Source of the DNA: Polyangiaceae bacterium
Lineage (GTDB): Bacteria; Myxococcota_A; Polyangia; Polyangiales; Polyangiaceae
Length of the DNA stretch: 64,000 nucleotides
Direction of reading: 5' to 3'
NCBI GenBank assembly: GCA_023150915.1
Contig: JAKLKA010000002.1
Coordinates: 2,338-66,337 of the forward strand
The stretch's first letter is position 1. Every line of letters begins with the position of its first letter. The notes under the pieces were generated by a model that did no database searches, was not told where the DNA came from, and saw nothing but the letters and a program-made list of their open reading frames with translations. Positions 15,039 through 23,064 of this stretch are shown piece by piece. The position numbers and the translations under genes were made by a program.

Positions 15039-17869
15039 CGCAGCAGGCCCTCCGCATAGCGCTTCACCGCGGGCGAGAGGCGGCCGTCTTTGCTCGTGCC
15101 CAGGCCCTCGACCACGCGTCGCCGGAACGCCTCCGCGTTCTTCTTGTCCTGGTCTCGGGGGACCTCGCCCCCGGTCTTCATGGCCTTGCCCCGATCGCCC
15201 CGCGCTGGCTTCGGCTCGGGCTTCCTTTCTGGCTCTGCTTCGTCGTCTCCGGTCTGGCCGGTGGTGGCATGCTCCAGCAGGCGTTGCGCCTGGCGCTGAA
15301 GCTCGAGACCGCGATCCCCCTTGCCGTCGGTCAGCTCGCGGGCCGCTTCGCGCATCAGGCCCTCTGCCTTCTCCAGGTTCTCGAGGGCCTCTTCGGGCAG
15401 CGCGGTGTCGCTGTTCTTGCCTCGCGATGCCAGGTTGCCGGCGCGGCGCGACAGCTCGTGCTCGCTCTCGCCCGAGCTGCTGGTGGCCGAGCGTGACTTG
15501 GCCTGCGCGTTCTTCTTCAGCTCGGTGAGCTGTTTTTCGGCCCAGCCCAGCTGCACCGCCAGCTCGCGCTTGGCATCTTCCAGCTCTTGCGGGTCGACCA
15601 GGTCGCTGGCCCCGGCGCGCTTCTTCGCTTCGCTCAGGGCGCTCATCGCGTCCCTTCCGCTCTGCACCGCGTCGCCCAGGCTGAGGCGCTCCAGCGACTC
15701 GGCCATCGCAGTGCCGTGCTCGCGGCCGAGCGCGGCCGACGCCCGCGCCGACCCCGGGGTGTGGCTGAACTGCGGAAGGTCCGCCAGCGCGCGCCGCAGC
15801 GCGTCGGCGCGCTGTTTGGCTTCCTCGCGCACACCCTCGAGATCCACTCCGGCCTCGGCTTCGGCCAGCGCCTGCTCCACCTTCCCGATTTCGTCGGCGT
15901 GATCCGCCGCCAGCTTCTCCAGCTCGGCGGCCAGCTCGTCGAAGCGATCGCTCGAGTCGGAAGGTTCACCCCCTGCGCCGCCGTTCTGGCTGGGCGCGCC
16001 CGACTCGACGCCGCCCCGCTGCGCGCTGCCGAACGAAGGGTTCGGGCGCCGCAGGCGTGCTGCCAGGTGACGCGCCGCCAGCTCGGTGTGGGTCAGGTCG
16101 TCGGCCGCGCGCGACCGCTTGACCCGCCCCAGATCGGCCTGGGCCACGCTCCCCAGATCGCGGCCCAAGAGGCCCAGCACCCGCAAGCGCTCCGCGCCAT
16201 CGCTGGCCGCTGCCAGCGCCGTGTCGAGCCGCGCGAGCCCCACGCTCTTCTGCTCCGTCTCGCGCGCCTGCTTGGCGCCGTTGGCGATCTCGTCGACCAC
16301 GTCGGCCAGCCGCTTGGCCACGCTCTGCGCGTCCTTGGTCGAGAGCGCGCGCAGCACCGCGTCCAGCGCCAAGACCACGTCTTCCGTCCTTCGCAGCCGC
16401 GATTCCCCCGGCTTTGCCGCCCGCGTGAGCACGCGCATCTGGCCCAGCACGAAAGCGCGCAGCCCCGCGGGAACGGTCAGGCCGCCGTAGCTCTTGTCGA
16501 TGGCCTTCTTGACCAGGTCGGTGGCGCGCCCCGCGCGCTCGACCTCGTCGCGCGACGCCGGCTCGGTGTCCTTGCCGTCGCGGCCCGCCTGCCACGCCAG
16601 GAAGTCGACCAGGGCGCCCCGGGCCTCGGCCAGCGATGCATGGCGCGCTGCCTCGGGCTCGCCCACCACCGGCGGCACCAGCGTGATGGCGGCGCTCTTG
16701 CCCCATTTCGGACCGGTGATCGGATCGTTGTCCCGGGCCTCGATCGTGACCTGCACGGGCAAGTACATCCGCCGCAAGAAGGGGTCGCGCGGCGTCAGCA
16801 CGTGGTTGCCGCGCTCGAAGGTGCTCTCGCCGTCGAGCCGCGCCAGCACGCGCCGGTCTTCTCGGTCGCCCGCGCGCATCACCACGTCCACCTGCCTCAG
16901 GCCGTGATCGTCCCCGGCCTCGTAGGTGAGCTCCAGGGACTCGATCTGGTCGAGCTTCAGCGTCTTGGGAGCACCGGCCAGCGTGACCTCGGGGGTCTCG
17001 TCGACCACGGCTTTTACCGGGACGGTCTCGAGCTCGTACACCAGCACCTGGCCGAACCGGGCCGCGACCCGAAGCTCACTGGTCTCGGCGACCGTCCAGC
17101 GGGCGACCACGCCCCCCGAGCCGTCGCTCACGAACGGGACCTCAAGCTTGCCGTCGGTGAGCACCAACCGGCGCCCGTCGCGTCGCGGCACCCCGCGCAC
17201 CGAGAGCAACGTGCCGGCCGGGTGTCGCGACTCGAGCCCGGGATAGACGAAGCGCTCGGGGAGCTTGAGGTAGGCCGGAGGCTCGGCCGTGGCTTTCATG
17301 TAGTCGAGCCATGCCAGCGGCATCGGCGCCCGCCCCTTCCAGGCGCAGAGCACGTTCAAGCCCTCGACCACCCGCATCGGGCCGACCGCGAACGCGCCGA
17401 TCACCGCCAAGAGCCCGAGCACCACGCCGCCGTGCCACAGCCGCGCTCGCCGCGACGCCGTGCGCTCCACGTCGGCCAGCGACGCGCGGGCGATCAGCCG
17501 CTCGAAGTGGACCCGAGCCAGCTCGGGCGAACCGGCAGTATCGTCGCGCGCGGTGCGATCGAGCAGGTTCACTGCCCGCAGCGTGCGCTCCCCCAGCTCG
17601 CGATTGGTGGGAACCAGCACCGCGCGCAGGGTGCTCCTGAGGTCGAGATAGGTGCGGCGATCGCGCAGCGCGCGCCCGACCATCGCCATCACGACCACTG
17701 CCACCAAGCCCGCGGCCGCCGCCCGCGTCAGCGGGGTGCCGAGCCGCGCCAGGTGAGCCCCACCCACGATCGCCAGAACCAGCGCGGTCAAGAGCGCCTG
17801 CCGAGCCGCCGTCCCCACGCGGCTCTGCCATGCCGAGGCAAGGCGCTGGATCAGCTCGGTGGTGGCCAC
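15035..17869 (-). CDS. Large membrane-anchored coiled-coil protein (possibly DUF4175-like)
   Basis: 944 aa; N-terminal TM helices (LLTALVLAIVGGAHL, GLVAVVVMAMVG, VVLGLLAVIGAFAV); charged coiled-coil C-terminal half; 4-nt overlap with the downstream gene. The family name is a guess. Confidence 0.55.
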   Translation of the reverse strand: MATTELIQRLASAWQSRVGTAARQALLTALVLAIVGGAHLARLGTPLTRAAAAGLVAVVVMAMVGRALRDRRTYLDLRSTLRAVLVPTNRELGERTLRAVNLLDRTARDDTAGSPELARVHFERLIARASLADVERTASRRARLWHGGVVLGLLAVIGAFAVGPMRVVEGLNVLCAWKGRAPMPLAWLDYMKATAEPPAYLKLPERFVYPGLESRHPAGTLLSVRGVPRRDGRRLVLTDGKLEVPFVSDGSGGVVARWTVAETSELRVAARFGQVLVYELETVPVKAVVDETPEVTLAGAPKTLKLDQIESLELTYEAGDDHGLRQVDVVMRAGDREDRRVLARLDGESTFERGNHVLTPRDPFLRRMYLPVQVTIEARDNDPITGPKWGKSAAITLVPPVVGEPEAARHASLAEARGALVDFLAWQAGRDGKDTEPASRDEVERAGRATDLVKKAIDKSYGGLTVPAGLRAFVLGQMRVLTRAAKPGESRLRRTEDVVLALDAVLRALSTKDAQSVAKRLADVVDEIANGAKQARETEQKSVGLARLDTALAAASDGAERLRVLGLLGRDLGSVAQADLGRVKRSRAADDLTHTELAARHLAARLRRPNPSFGSAQRGGVESGAPSQNGGAGGEPSDSSDRFDELAAELEKLAADHADEIGKVEQALAEAEAGVDLEGVREEAKQRADALRRALADLPQFSHTPGSARASAALGREHGTAMAESLERLSLGDAVQSGRDAMSALSEAKKRAGASDLVDPQELEDAKRELAVQLGWAEKQLTELKKNAQAKSRSATSSSGESEHELSRRAGNLASRGKNSDTALPEEALENLEKAEGLMREAARELTDGKGDRGLELQRQAQRLLEHATTGQTGDDEAEPERKPEPKPARGDRGKAMKTGGEVPRDQDKKNAEAFRRRVVEGLGTSKDGRLSPAVKRYAEGLLR

Positions 17870-17899
17870 GCGGGCACAGCTTAGCGCCGCCGCCCCCCA

Positions 17900-18691
17900 G
17901 TGGTACTCTTTGCGGGCGTGAGCGACGTCAAGCGGCTCAAGCGGCTTCTGCTCTCCCTGGCCGACACCGGTCTGCGCGTGGGTTGGCTGTCCGACCAGCT
18001 CGAGCGGTGGCCGCTGCCCCGGGCGGCGCGCGTGCTCGACGAGCTGTGTGACGAGAACGAGCGCTCGGATCCGGAGGCCCGCGAGGCGCTCTTGGCCGTG
18101 GCCCTGTATCTGGTCAGCCGGGGCCCAAGCCCCGTGGTCGACCGCCTGCGCGACGAGGCCGAGGCCCGCCGCCTGCTGGGGCTCTCACGCCTGCTGCGAC
18201 GCGCGCCCGCGCCGGTGATGGTGGACCGACCTGCGAGCGAGCTGCCCGTTCCCGACTACGGTGCGGGTCGTGAGCTGACGCTCGGCGAGCGCCGGTCCCT
18301 GGCCCGACGGCCCAGTCGGCGTTCGTTCGACAAGCTGCTCTCGGACCCCCACCCGCTGGTGATCCGCCTCTTGCTCCAGAACCCGAAGCTCACCGAAGAC
18401 GACGTGGTCCGGCTGGTCTCGCGCCGTCCGGCGCGGGCCGAGGCCATGGCCGAGATCGCCCAGGCCGTGCGCTGGCTCAGCCGCAGCCGGGTGCGGCTCG
18501 CGATCGTGCTCAACCCCGGGTCGCCGCCCGAGATGGCCATCCCCCTGTTGCCGGTCTGCAAGCGCACCGAGCTCAAAGAAGTGGTGCGCGCCACCGAGAC
18601 GTCGATGGTGCTTCGGGCCACGGCCCTCGAGCTGCTCGAACGCCGCCCACCGATCAAAGAGCCGGACCTGGCCGAAGCCGTCCTGCAGTGA
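17900..18691 (+). CDS. Hypothetical protein (helical-repeat-like)
   Basis: GTG 17900 or GTG 17918; strong GC3 bias; no catalytic motif recognised. Confidence 0.5.
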   Translation: MVLFAGVSDVKRLKRLLLSLADTGLRVGWLSDQLERWPLPRAARVLDELCDENERSDPEAREALLAVALYLVSRGPSPVVDRLRDEAEARRLLGLSRLLRRAPAPVMVDRPASELPVPDYGAGRELTLGERRSLARRPSRRSFDKLLSDPHPLVIRLLLQNPKLTEDDVVRLVSRRPARAEAMAEIAQAVRWLSRSRVRLAIVLNPGSPPEMAIPLLPVCKRTELKEVVRATETSMVLRATALELLERRPPIKEPDLAEAVLQ

Positions 18692-18919
18692 TCAGCCCTC
18701 TTCTTCTTCGCCCACGTCCCAGCGAGTCAGCGCGCCCACCGTGATCTCTTGCGCGCACTCGTCGCACAGCGGCGGTTCTTCATAACGGACCTCGTCGCCA
18801 CGCGTCCAGAGGAACAGCCCGGCGCCCCCGGGCGTGCCCTCGAAGGTCTTGCCGCACGCGTCGCACTCGAACTGCCTCGGCGGCGCGGGCTCTTCGGCGT
18901 GGAAGCGCGAAGCGGACAT
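18692..18919 (-). CDS. Small zinc-ribbon protein
   Basis: CDACGKTF...CDECAQE (two CxxC pairs); 75 aa with acidic tail; immediately downstream of the Fe-S oxidoreductase. Confidence 0.55.
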   Translation of the reverse strand: MSASRFHAEEPAPPRQFECDACGKTFEGTPGGAGLFLWTRGDEVRYEEPPLCDECAQEITVGALTRWDVGEEEEG

Positions 18920-18935
18920 CAGAGGGGAGTATAGC

Positions 18936-21269
18936 TCAAGCTTCGGCGCTCGCCTCTGCCCCCGCCTTTGCCTCCGCCGCGACCTTCTTCTCGTCCGCCC
19001 CGCAGGCCGTGGCCAAGAGCTCGACGATGTCCAGGTTCTGGATCTCGCCTTCCTTTTCCTGGCTCTTGATGCCGTCGGTCAGCATCGTCATGCAGAAGGG
19101 GCACGCGGTGGCGATGGTCTTCGCGCCGGTGTCGAGCAGCTGCAAGGTGCGCTTCACGTTCACGCGGTCCTTGTTCTGCTCTTCCATCCACATCTGCGCG
19201 CCGCCGGCGCCGCAGCACAGGCCCTTGTTCCGGGTCCAATGCTCGGGCTCCACCAGCTCTACCCCGGGGATGCGGCGCAAGATCTCGCGCGGCGACTCGT
19301 AGATTTCGTTGTAGCGGCCCAGGTAGCACGAGTCGTGATAGACCACGCGGCCCTTCACGCCTCGGGTCGGCTTCAGCTTCCCCTGTGCGACCAGCTCGAG
19401 CAAGAAGTCGGCATGGTGCACCACCTCCCACTTGCCGCCGAAGTCGGGGTACTCGTTGCCCAGGGCGTTGAAGCAGTGCGGGCAGGTGGTGATGATCTTC
19501 TTGATGCCGCCCTGCTCGCGGTAGCCGTTGATGGTGGCCACGTTGGCCTCGGCCAGCATCATGAAGAGCAGCTCGTTGCCGGCGCGGCGGGCCGAGTCGC
19601 CGGTGCACGACTCTTCTTCGCCCAAGATGGCGAAGTCCACCCCGGCCTGCTTCAGCAGCGCTGCCGTGGCCCGCGCGATCTTCTTGGCGCGATCGTCGTA
19701 GCTGGCCGCGCACCCCACCCAGTACAAGACCTCGGCCTTGGGGTTTTCGGCCATCTTCGGCACGTCGAGCCCCTCGGACCACGTGGCGCGATCGACCCGG
19801 GACAGGTTCCAGGGGTTGCCGTTGGTCTCCATGCCCTGGAACGGCTTGTTCAGCTCCTGCGGGAAGCTCTCGCCCCGGATCATCACCAGGTTACGCCGCA
19901 TCTGCACGATCTTGTCCACGTAGGTGATCATCACGGGACACTGCTCTTCGCACGCGCGGCAGGTGGTGCAGGCCCAGAGCACGTCCTCGTGGACCACGTT
20001 GGGCACCAGGTCCACGGGCTTGTAATCGGGCTTCTTCTCGCCTTCCGCCGCGGCGGGTTGGGCCGCGTCGGCCGGCGCTTCGGCGGCCTCGGTGCCCTCC
20101 GCTTCCGGCTTGGTCTCGCCCTCGGGCGTGGCCTCGGCGGGCTTCGCGGTCAGGTCCACCCGGGGCACCTCGCCCAACTCCAAGAACTCTTCCTGGCGAG
20201 CGTAGAGGTGGTCCCTGAGGTCCAGCGTCAGGAACTTGGGGCTCAAGATCTTGCCCGTGGTGGCCGCCGGGCAGTTGTCCGAGCAGCGGCCGCACTCCGT
20301 GCAGGTGTAGAAGTCGAGCACGTCTTTCCAGGTGAAGTGCTCGATGCGCGCGTAGCCGATGGGGGCCGCGAGCATGTCTTCGCGCTCCATCGCCTTCTCG
20401 ACCTTGGCCATCAGCTCGTCGGTGTTCTTCGCCAGCGGGCGCAGCCGGCCGGGGGCCGTCAGATCGCTGAACGCGACGTTCGGCACCGCCGTGAGCACGT
20501 GGAAGTGCTTCGAGTAAGGCAAGATGTTGAGGAAGATCAGCACCAGCGACGAATGGACCCAGAAACCCGCGTGGGCGAGCACCACCAAGGTGGGCACGCT
20601 GGCACCCGACAGGGCCACCGCCCAGAGGCTGCCCACCGGTTCGGGGTAGGGGTGGAAGGCCACGCTGCCCGTCGCGGGGCCCAGCGGCTTGACCAGCGTT
20701 GCCGCCGACCCGCACCAGTCGGCGCTGCGCGTGCCGCACTCGGCCCCCAGCTTGTGGTTTAGCGCGATGGCCGCGCCGTCGTACAGCTGATCGGCGATCA
20801 TCATCGTGCTGATGATGCCCAAGATGAGCAGCGCCTCGCCCGAGAGCGTCATGCGCTGCTGCTTGTTCAGCGTGCGGTAGTAGACGAAGACCAGCGCACC
20901 CACCAGCACCAGCGTGGACACGATGTCCTTCAGGAACGCGTACACCTGCCCTGCGGGGCCGGTTGGCCCCAGCACCCACAGGTTGAAGTTGGGGTCGAAG
21001 CCGCGCCCCCAGAGGATCAACGTGCGCAGCAGCAGCACCACGAAGCCGAGGAAGATCAGCTGATGCGCCAGACCCGCGCCCAGGTAATAGCGCATCTTCT
21101 TCTGGAAGAGCGCAAAGGTCCAAACCCGGCCCATGCGCTCGCCAATGCGATCGAAGCGGCTCTCGTGGGTGGGGCCGCCGACTTTGAGCAGGCCCCAGCG
21201 CTGGCTCGCGCTCCACAAGAACGCGCCGGTCAGGCTGAGAATGATGACGGCCATCGCTACGGGATTCAT
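18936..21269 (-). CDS. Membrane-bound HdrD/GlpC-like Fe-S oxidoreductase (EtfD-like architecture)
   Basis: ATG 21269 preceded by GGAGAG. N-terminal multi-TM domain, two ferredoxin motifs (CTECGRCSDNCP, CTTCRACEEQCP) and CCG-type Cys-rich domains (CTGDS..., LCCGAGG). Confidence 0.8.
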   Translation of the reverse strand: MNPVAMAVIILSLTGAFLWSASQRWGLLKVGGPTHESRFDRIGERMGRVWTFALFQKKMRYYLGAGLAHQLIFLGFVVLLLRTLILWGRGFDPNFNLWVLGPTGPAGQVYAFLKDIVSTLVLVGALVFVYYRTLNKQQRMTLSGEALLILGIISTMMIADQLYDGAAIALNHKLGAECGTRSADWCGSAATLVKPLGPATGSVAFHPYPEPVGSLWAVALSGASVPTLVVLAHAGFWVHSSLVLIFLNILPYSKHFHVLTAVPNVAFSDLTAPGRLRPLAKNTDELMAKVEKAMEREDMLAAPIGYARIEHFTWKDVLDFYTCTECGRCSDNCPAATTGKILSPKFLTLDLRDHLYARQEEFLELGEVPRVDLTAKPAEATPEGETKPEAEGTEAAEAPADAAQPAAAEGEKKPDYKPVDLVPNVVHEDVLWACTTCRACEEQCPVMITYVDKIVQMRRNLVMIRGESFPQELNKPFQGMETNGNPWNLSRVDRATWSEGLDVPKMAENPKAEVLYWVGCAASYDDRAKKIARATAALLKQAGVDFAILGEEESCTGDSARRAGNELLFMMLAEANVATINGYREQGGIKKIITTCPHCFNALGNEYPDFGGKWEVVHHADFLLELVAQGKLKPTRGVKGRVVYHDSCYLGRYNEIYESPREILRRIPGVELVEPEHWTRNKGLCCGAGGAQMWMEEQNKDRVNVKRTLQLLDTGAKTIATACPFCMTMLTDGIKSQEKEGEIQNLDIVELLATACGADEKKVAAEAKAGAEASAEA

Positions 21270-21348
21270 GGCGGCTCTCTCCACGCGCGCGGGTTCGCGG
21301 AGGTCTTAGGGCGTCATGCTGCTGCGCGTCAACCAGGACGCGCCGAAA

Positions 21349-21945
21349 TCAGCCGCGGCCGGTCAAGCGCAGCCACGCCAGAAGCAGCAACCACAGCACG
21401 ATCACGACCCCGACCCAGAGCGCGGTGCGGCTCTTCGGCGGCGCCGCCACCGGGGCCGGCGCATCGGCGCCCTCGGCTGCGGGCTCCGGCGCCATCGCCT
21501 CTTCCTCGGTGAGCACCGGCGGCGGAACGGGCCGCTCGATGCGCTGCACCCCGGGGTCGGAGGCATCGGCCGGGACCACGCTGAGCAAGAGCAAGCCCCG
21601 CGGCAGGGCGGGGCTCTCGGACATGCCGCCCCGTTCGGGGATGCGGATCACCAGCGTGCGCCCCGACGCCGTGGACTCGAGGCTGCTCTCGTCCCGCTTC
21701 GGCAACGTGACCTGCACGACCTCGCCCAGCTCTTTGCGGCCGCGCACCGACACTGCACCCGAGCGACCGCACGCGTCGCAGCCGCCCCCCTCGCACGCGG
21801 CGCACTTCAGGTTGCGCGGCAGCTCGAACTCGATCAGCGCGCCTTCTTCGAGCCACTCGGCCGCGACGTGGATGCGGTGAATGACGTCGGGCCCGCGGGG
21901 GACATCCACCGCGCCGGTGACCTTACCGAGCCTGTGCCGGGACAA
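21349..21945 (-). CDS. Tail-anchored protein with DnaJ-like zinc-finger motif
   Basis: CAACEGGGCDACGRSG (CxxCxGxG-like pair); C-terminal TM ALWVGVVIVLWLLLLAWL. Confidence 0.5.
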   Translation of the reverse strand: MSRHRLGKVTGAVDVPRGPDVIHRIHVAAEWLEEGALIEFELPRNLKCAACEGGGCDACGRSGAVSVRGRKELGEVVQVTLPKRDESSLESTASGRTLVIRIPERGGMSESPALPRGLLLLSVVPADASDPGVQRIERPVPPPVLTEEEAMAPEPAAEGADAPAPVAAPPKSRTALWVGVVIVLWLLLLAWLRLTGRG

Positions 21946-21979
21946 TCTGGAAGATCGTACCCCTTGCCCGGGTCAGTGA

Positions 21980-22453
21980 CTACTTCTTCTTGGCCCGCGG
22001 GCCGCGCTGGCACCGGCCCTCTTCGCAGATCGGTTCGCAGGTCCACGGCTCGCACTGGGCCATGGTCCCGCATCCGTTTTTCTTCGCATCCTTGACCAGG
22101 GCATCCAGCTTCTTGCCGGTGGGCTTGTCGACCACACCGCCGCAGTCGTTGCCCGGGATCTTCGAGAGCTGGCCGGGGAAGCAGGCGCAGTCCGCGTCCT
22201 TCTTGCACTCGTTCTTGGCGGCCGAGAGCGCCTCGTCGAAGTCGTGCAGTGTCTTGTCGCAGCCCTTCAGCTCTTTCGGGGGAGCGGGGGTCTCGGGTTC
22301 CGCCGAGGCCGCCGGGCCCGGACCGTCGGACTTCGGGGGTTCGGTGGGCTGGGCGCTCTCGGCCGGCGCTGCCGCCGAGCCGGTTGGAGGCTTGCTGGCG
22401 CAGCCCGCGACCAGACACGACACGGCGAACCAGGCGACACTCGTCTTGATCAT
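21980..22453 (-). CDS. Cys-rich lipoprotein
   Basis: Tail of ORF 21980..23026 from ATG 22453: MIKTSVAWFAVSCLVAGC (lipobox), Pro/Ala linker, Cys-rich domain ending EEGRCQRGPRAKKK. Confidence 0.6.
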   Translation of the reverse strand: MIKTSVAWFAVSCLVAGCASKPPTGSAAAPAESAQPTEPPKSDGPGPAASAEPETPAPPKELKGCDKTLHDFDEALSAAKNECKKDADCACFPGQLSKIPGNDCGGVVDKPTGKKLDALVKDAKKNGCGTMAQCEPWTCEPICEEGRCQRGPRAKKK

Positions 22454-22470
22454 GCTTTCTCCGTTTTCCT

Positions 22471-23064
22471 TCACAGCTCGAACACGACCACGCGCTCGTC
22501 CTCGGGCTTGGTCAGCTCCAGCTCGAGCGAATAGGTCTTCGGCCCGACGCGTGCGCCGAGCATCACTTGAATCGGCGGGTTGTCGCCCCCCAGCTTCTCC
22601 AGCCGCACCCGCACGCGATATTTGCCACGCGGCGGGTCCCCGTCTTCCAGGTACACGTTCTCCATGTTCTGCCCGCGGCACAGGTTGGTCTTGCCCGGGC
22701 AGTCGCGATCTTTGACCAGACCGCTCTTGGCGGCGCGCCCCACCTCGGCCAGCTCTCCGTTCGGGTCCATCACCTCGAGGTCGACGTCGGCGCCCGGCTG
22801 CGGCCAGGCGATGGCGAACTGAACCAGGCCCGTGGCCACGCCGCAGCCCTCGTCGATGATGCCGTTGCAGTTGTCGTCGCGGGCGTTGAAGCACAGCTCG
22901 GGGCCGCTGGGGGTGCAGGCCTGACGGACCACCACCCCGGGCGCCGCGGTGATGCGTACGATGCGCGGGCCCGGGTCGGCCGGCGAGGCTGCGGGGTGTT
23001 CCTTCCCGCAGCCCAACACACAACACAGCGCGAGCACCGCGCCGACGCCGAGCGGGCGCGTCAC
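22471..23064 (-). CDS. Lipoprotein with MopE-like putative metal-binding Cys motif
   Basis: GTG 23064 (GTGA overlap with upstream stop): VTRPLGVGAVLALCCVLGCG lipobox; CFNARDDNCNGIIDEGCG motif. Confidence 0.6.
   Translation of the reverse strand: MTRPLGVGAVLALCCVLGCGKEHPAASPADPGPRIVRITAAPGVVVRQACTPSGPELCFNARDDNCNGIIDEGCGVATGLVQFAIAWPQPGADVDLEVMDPNGELAEVGRAAKSGLVKDRDCPGKTNLCRGQNMENVYLEDGDPPRGKYRVRVRLEKLGGDNPPIQVMLGARVGPKTYSLELELTKPEDERVVVFEL

Noticed and set aside
18689-18694. Back-to-back stop codons of convergent genes forming TGATCA (also at 32124..32129)
   Set aside because: A trivial consequence of TGA stops on both strands abutting each other. There is no evidence of function.
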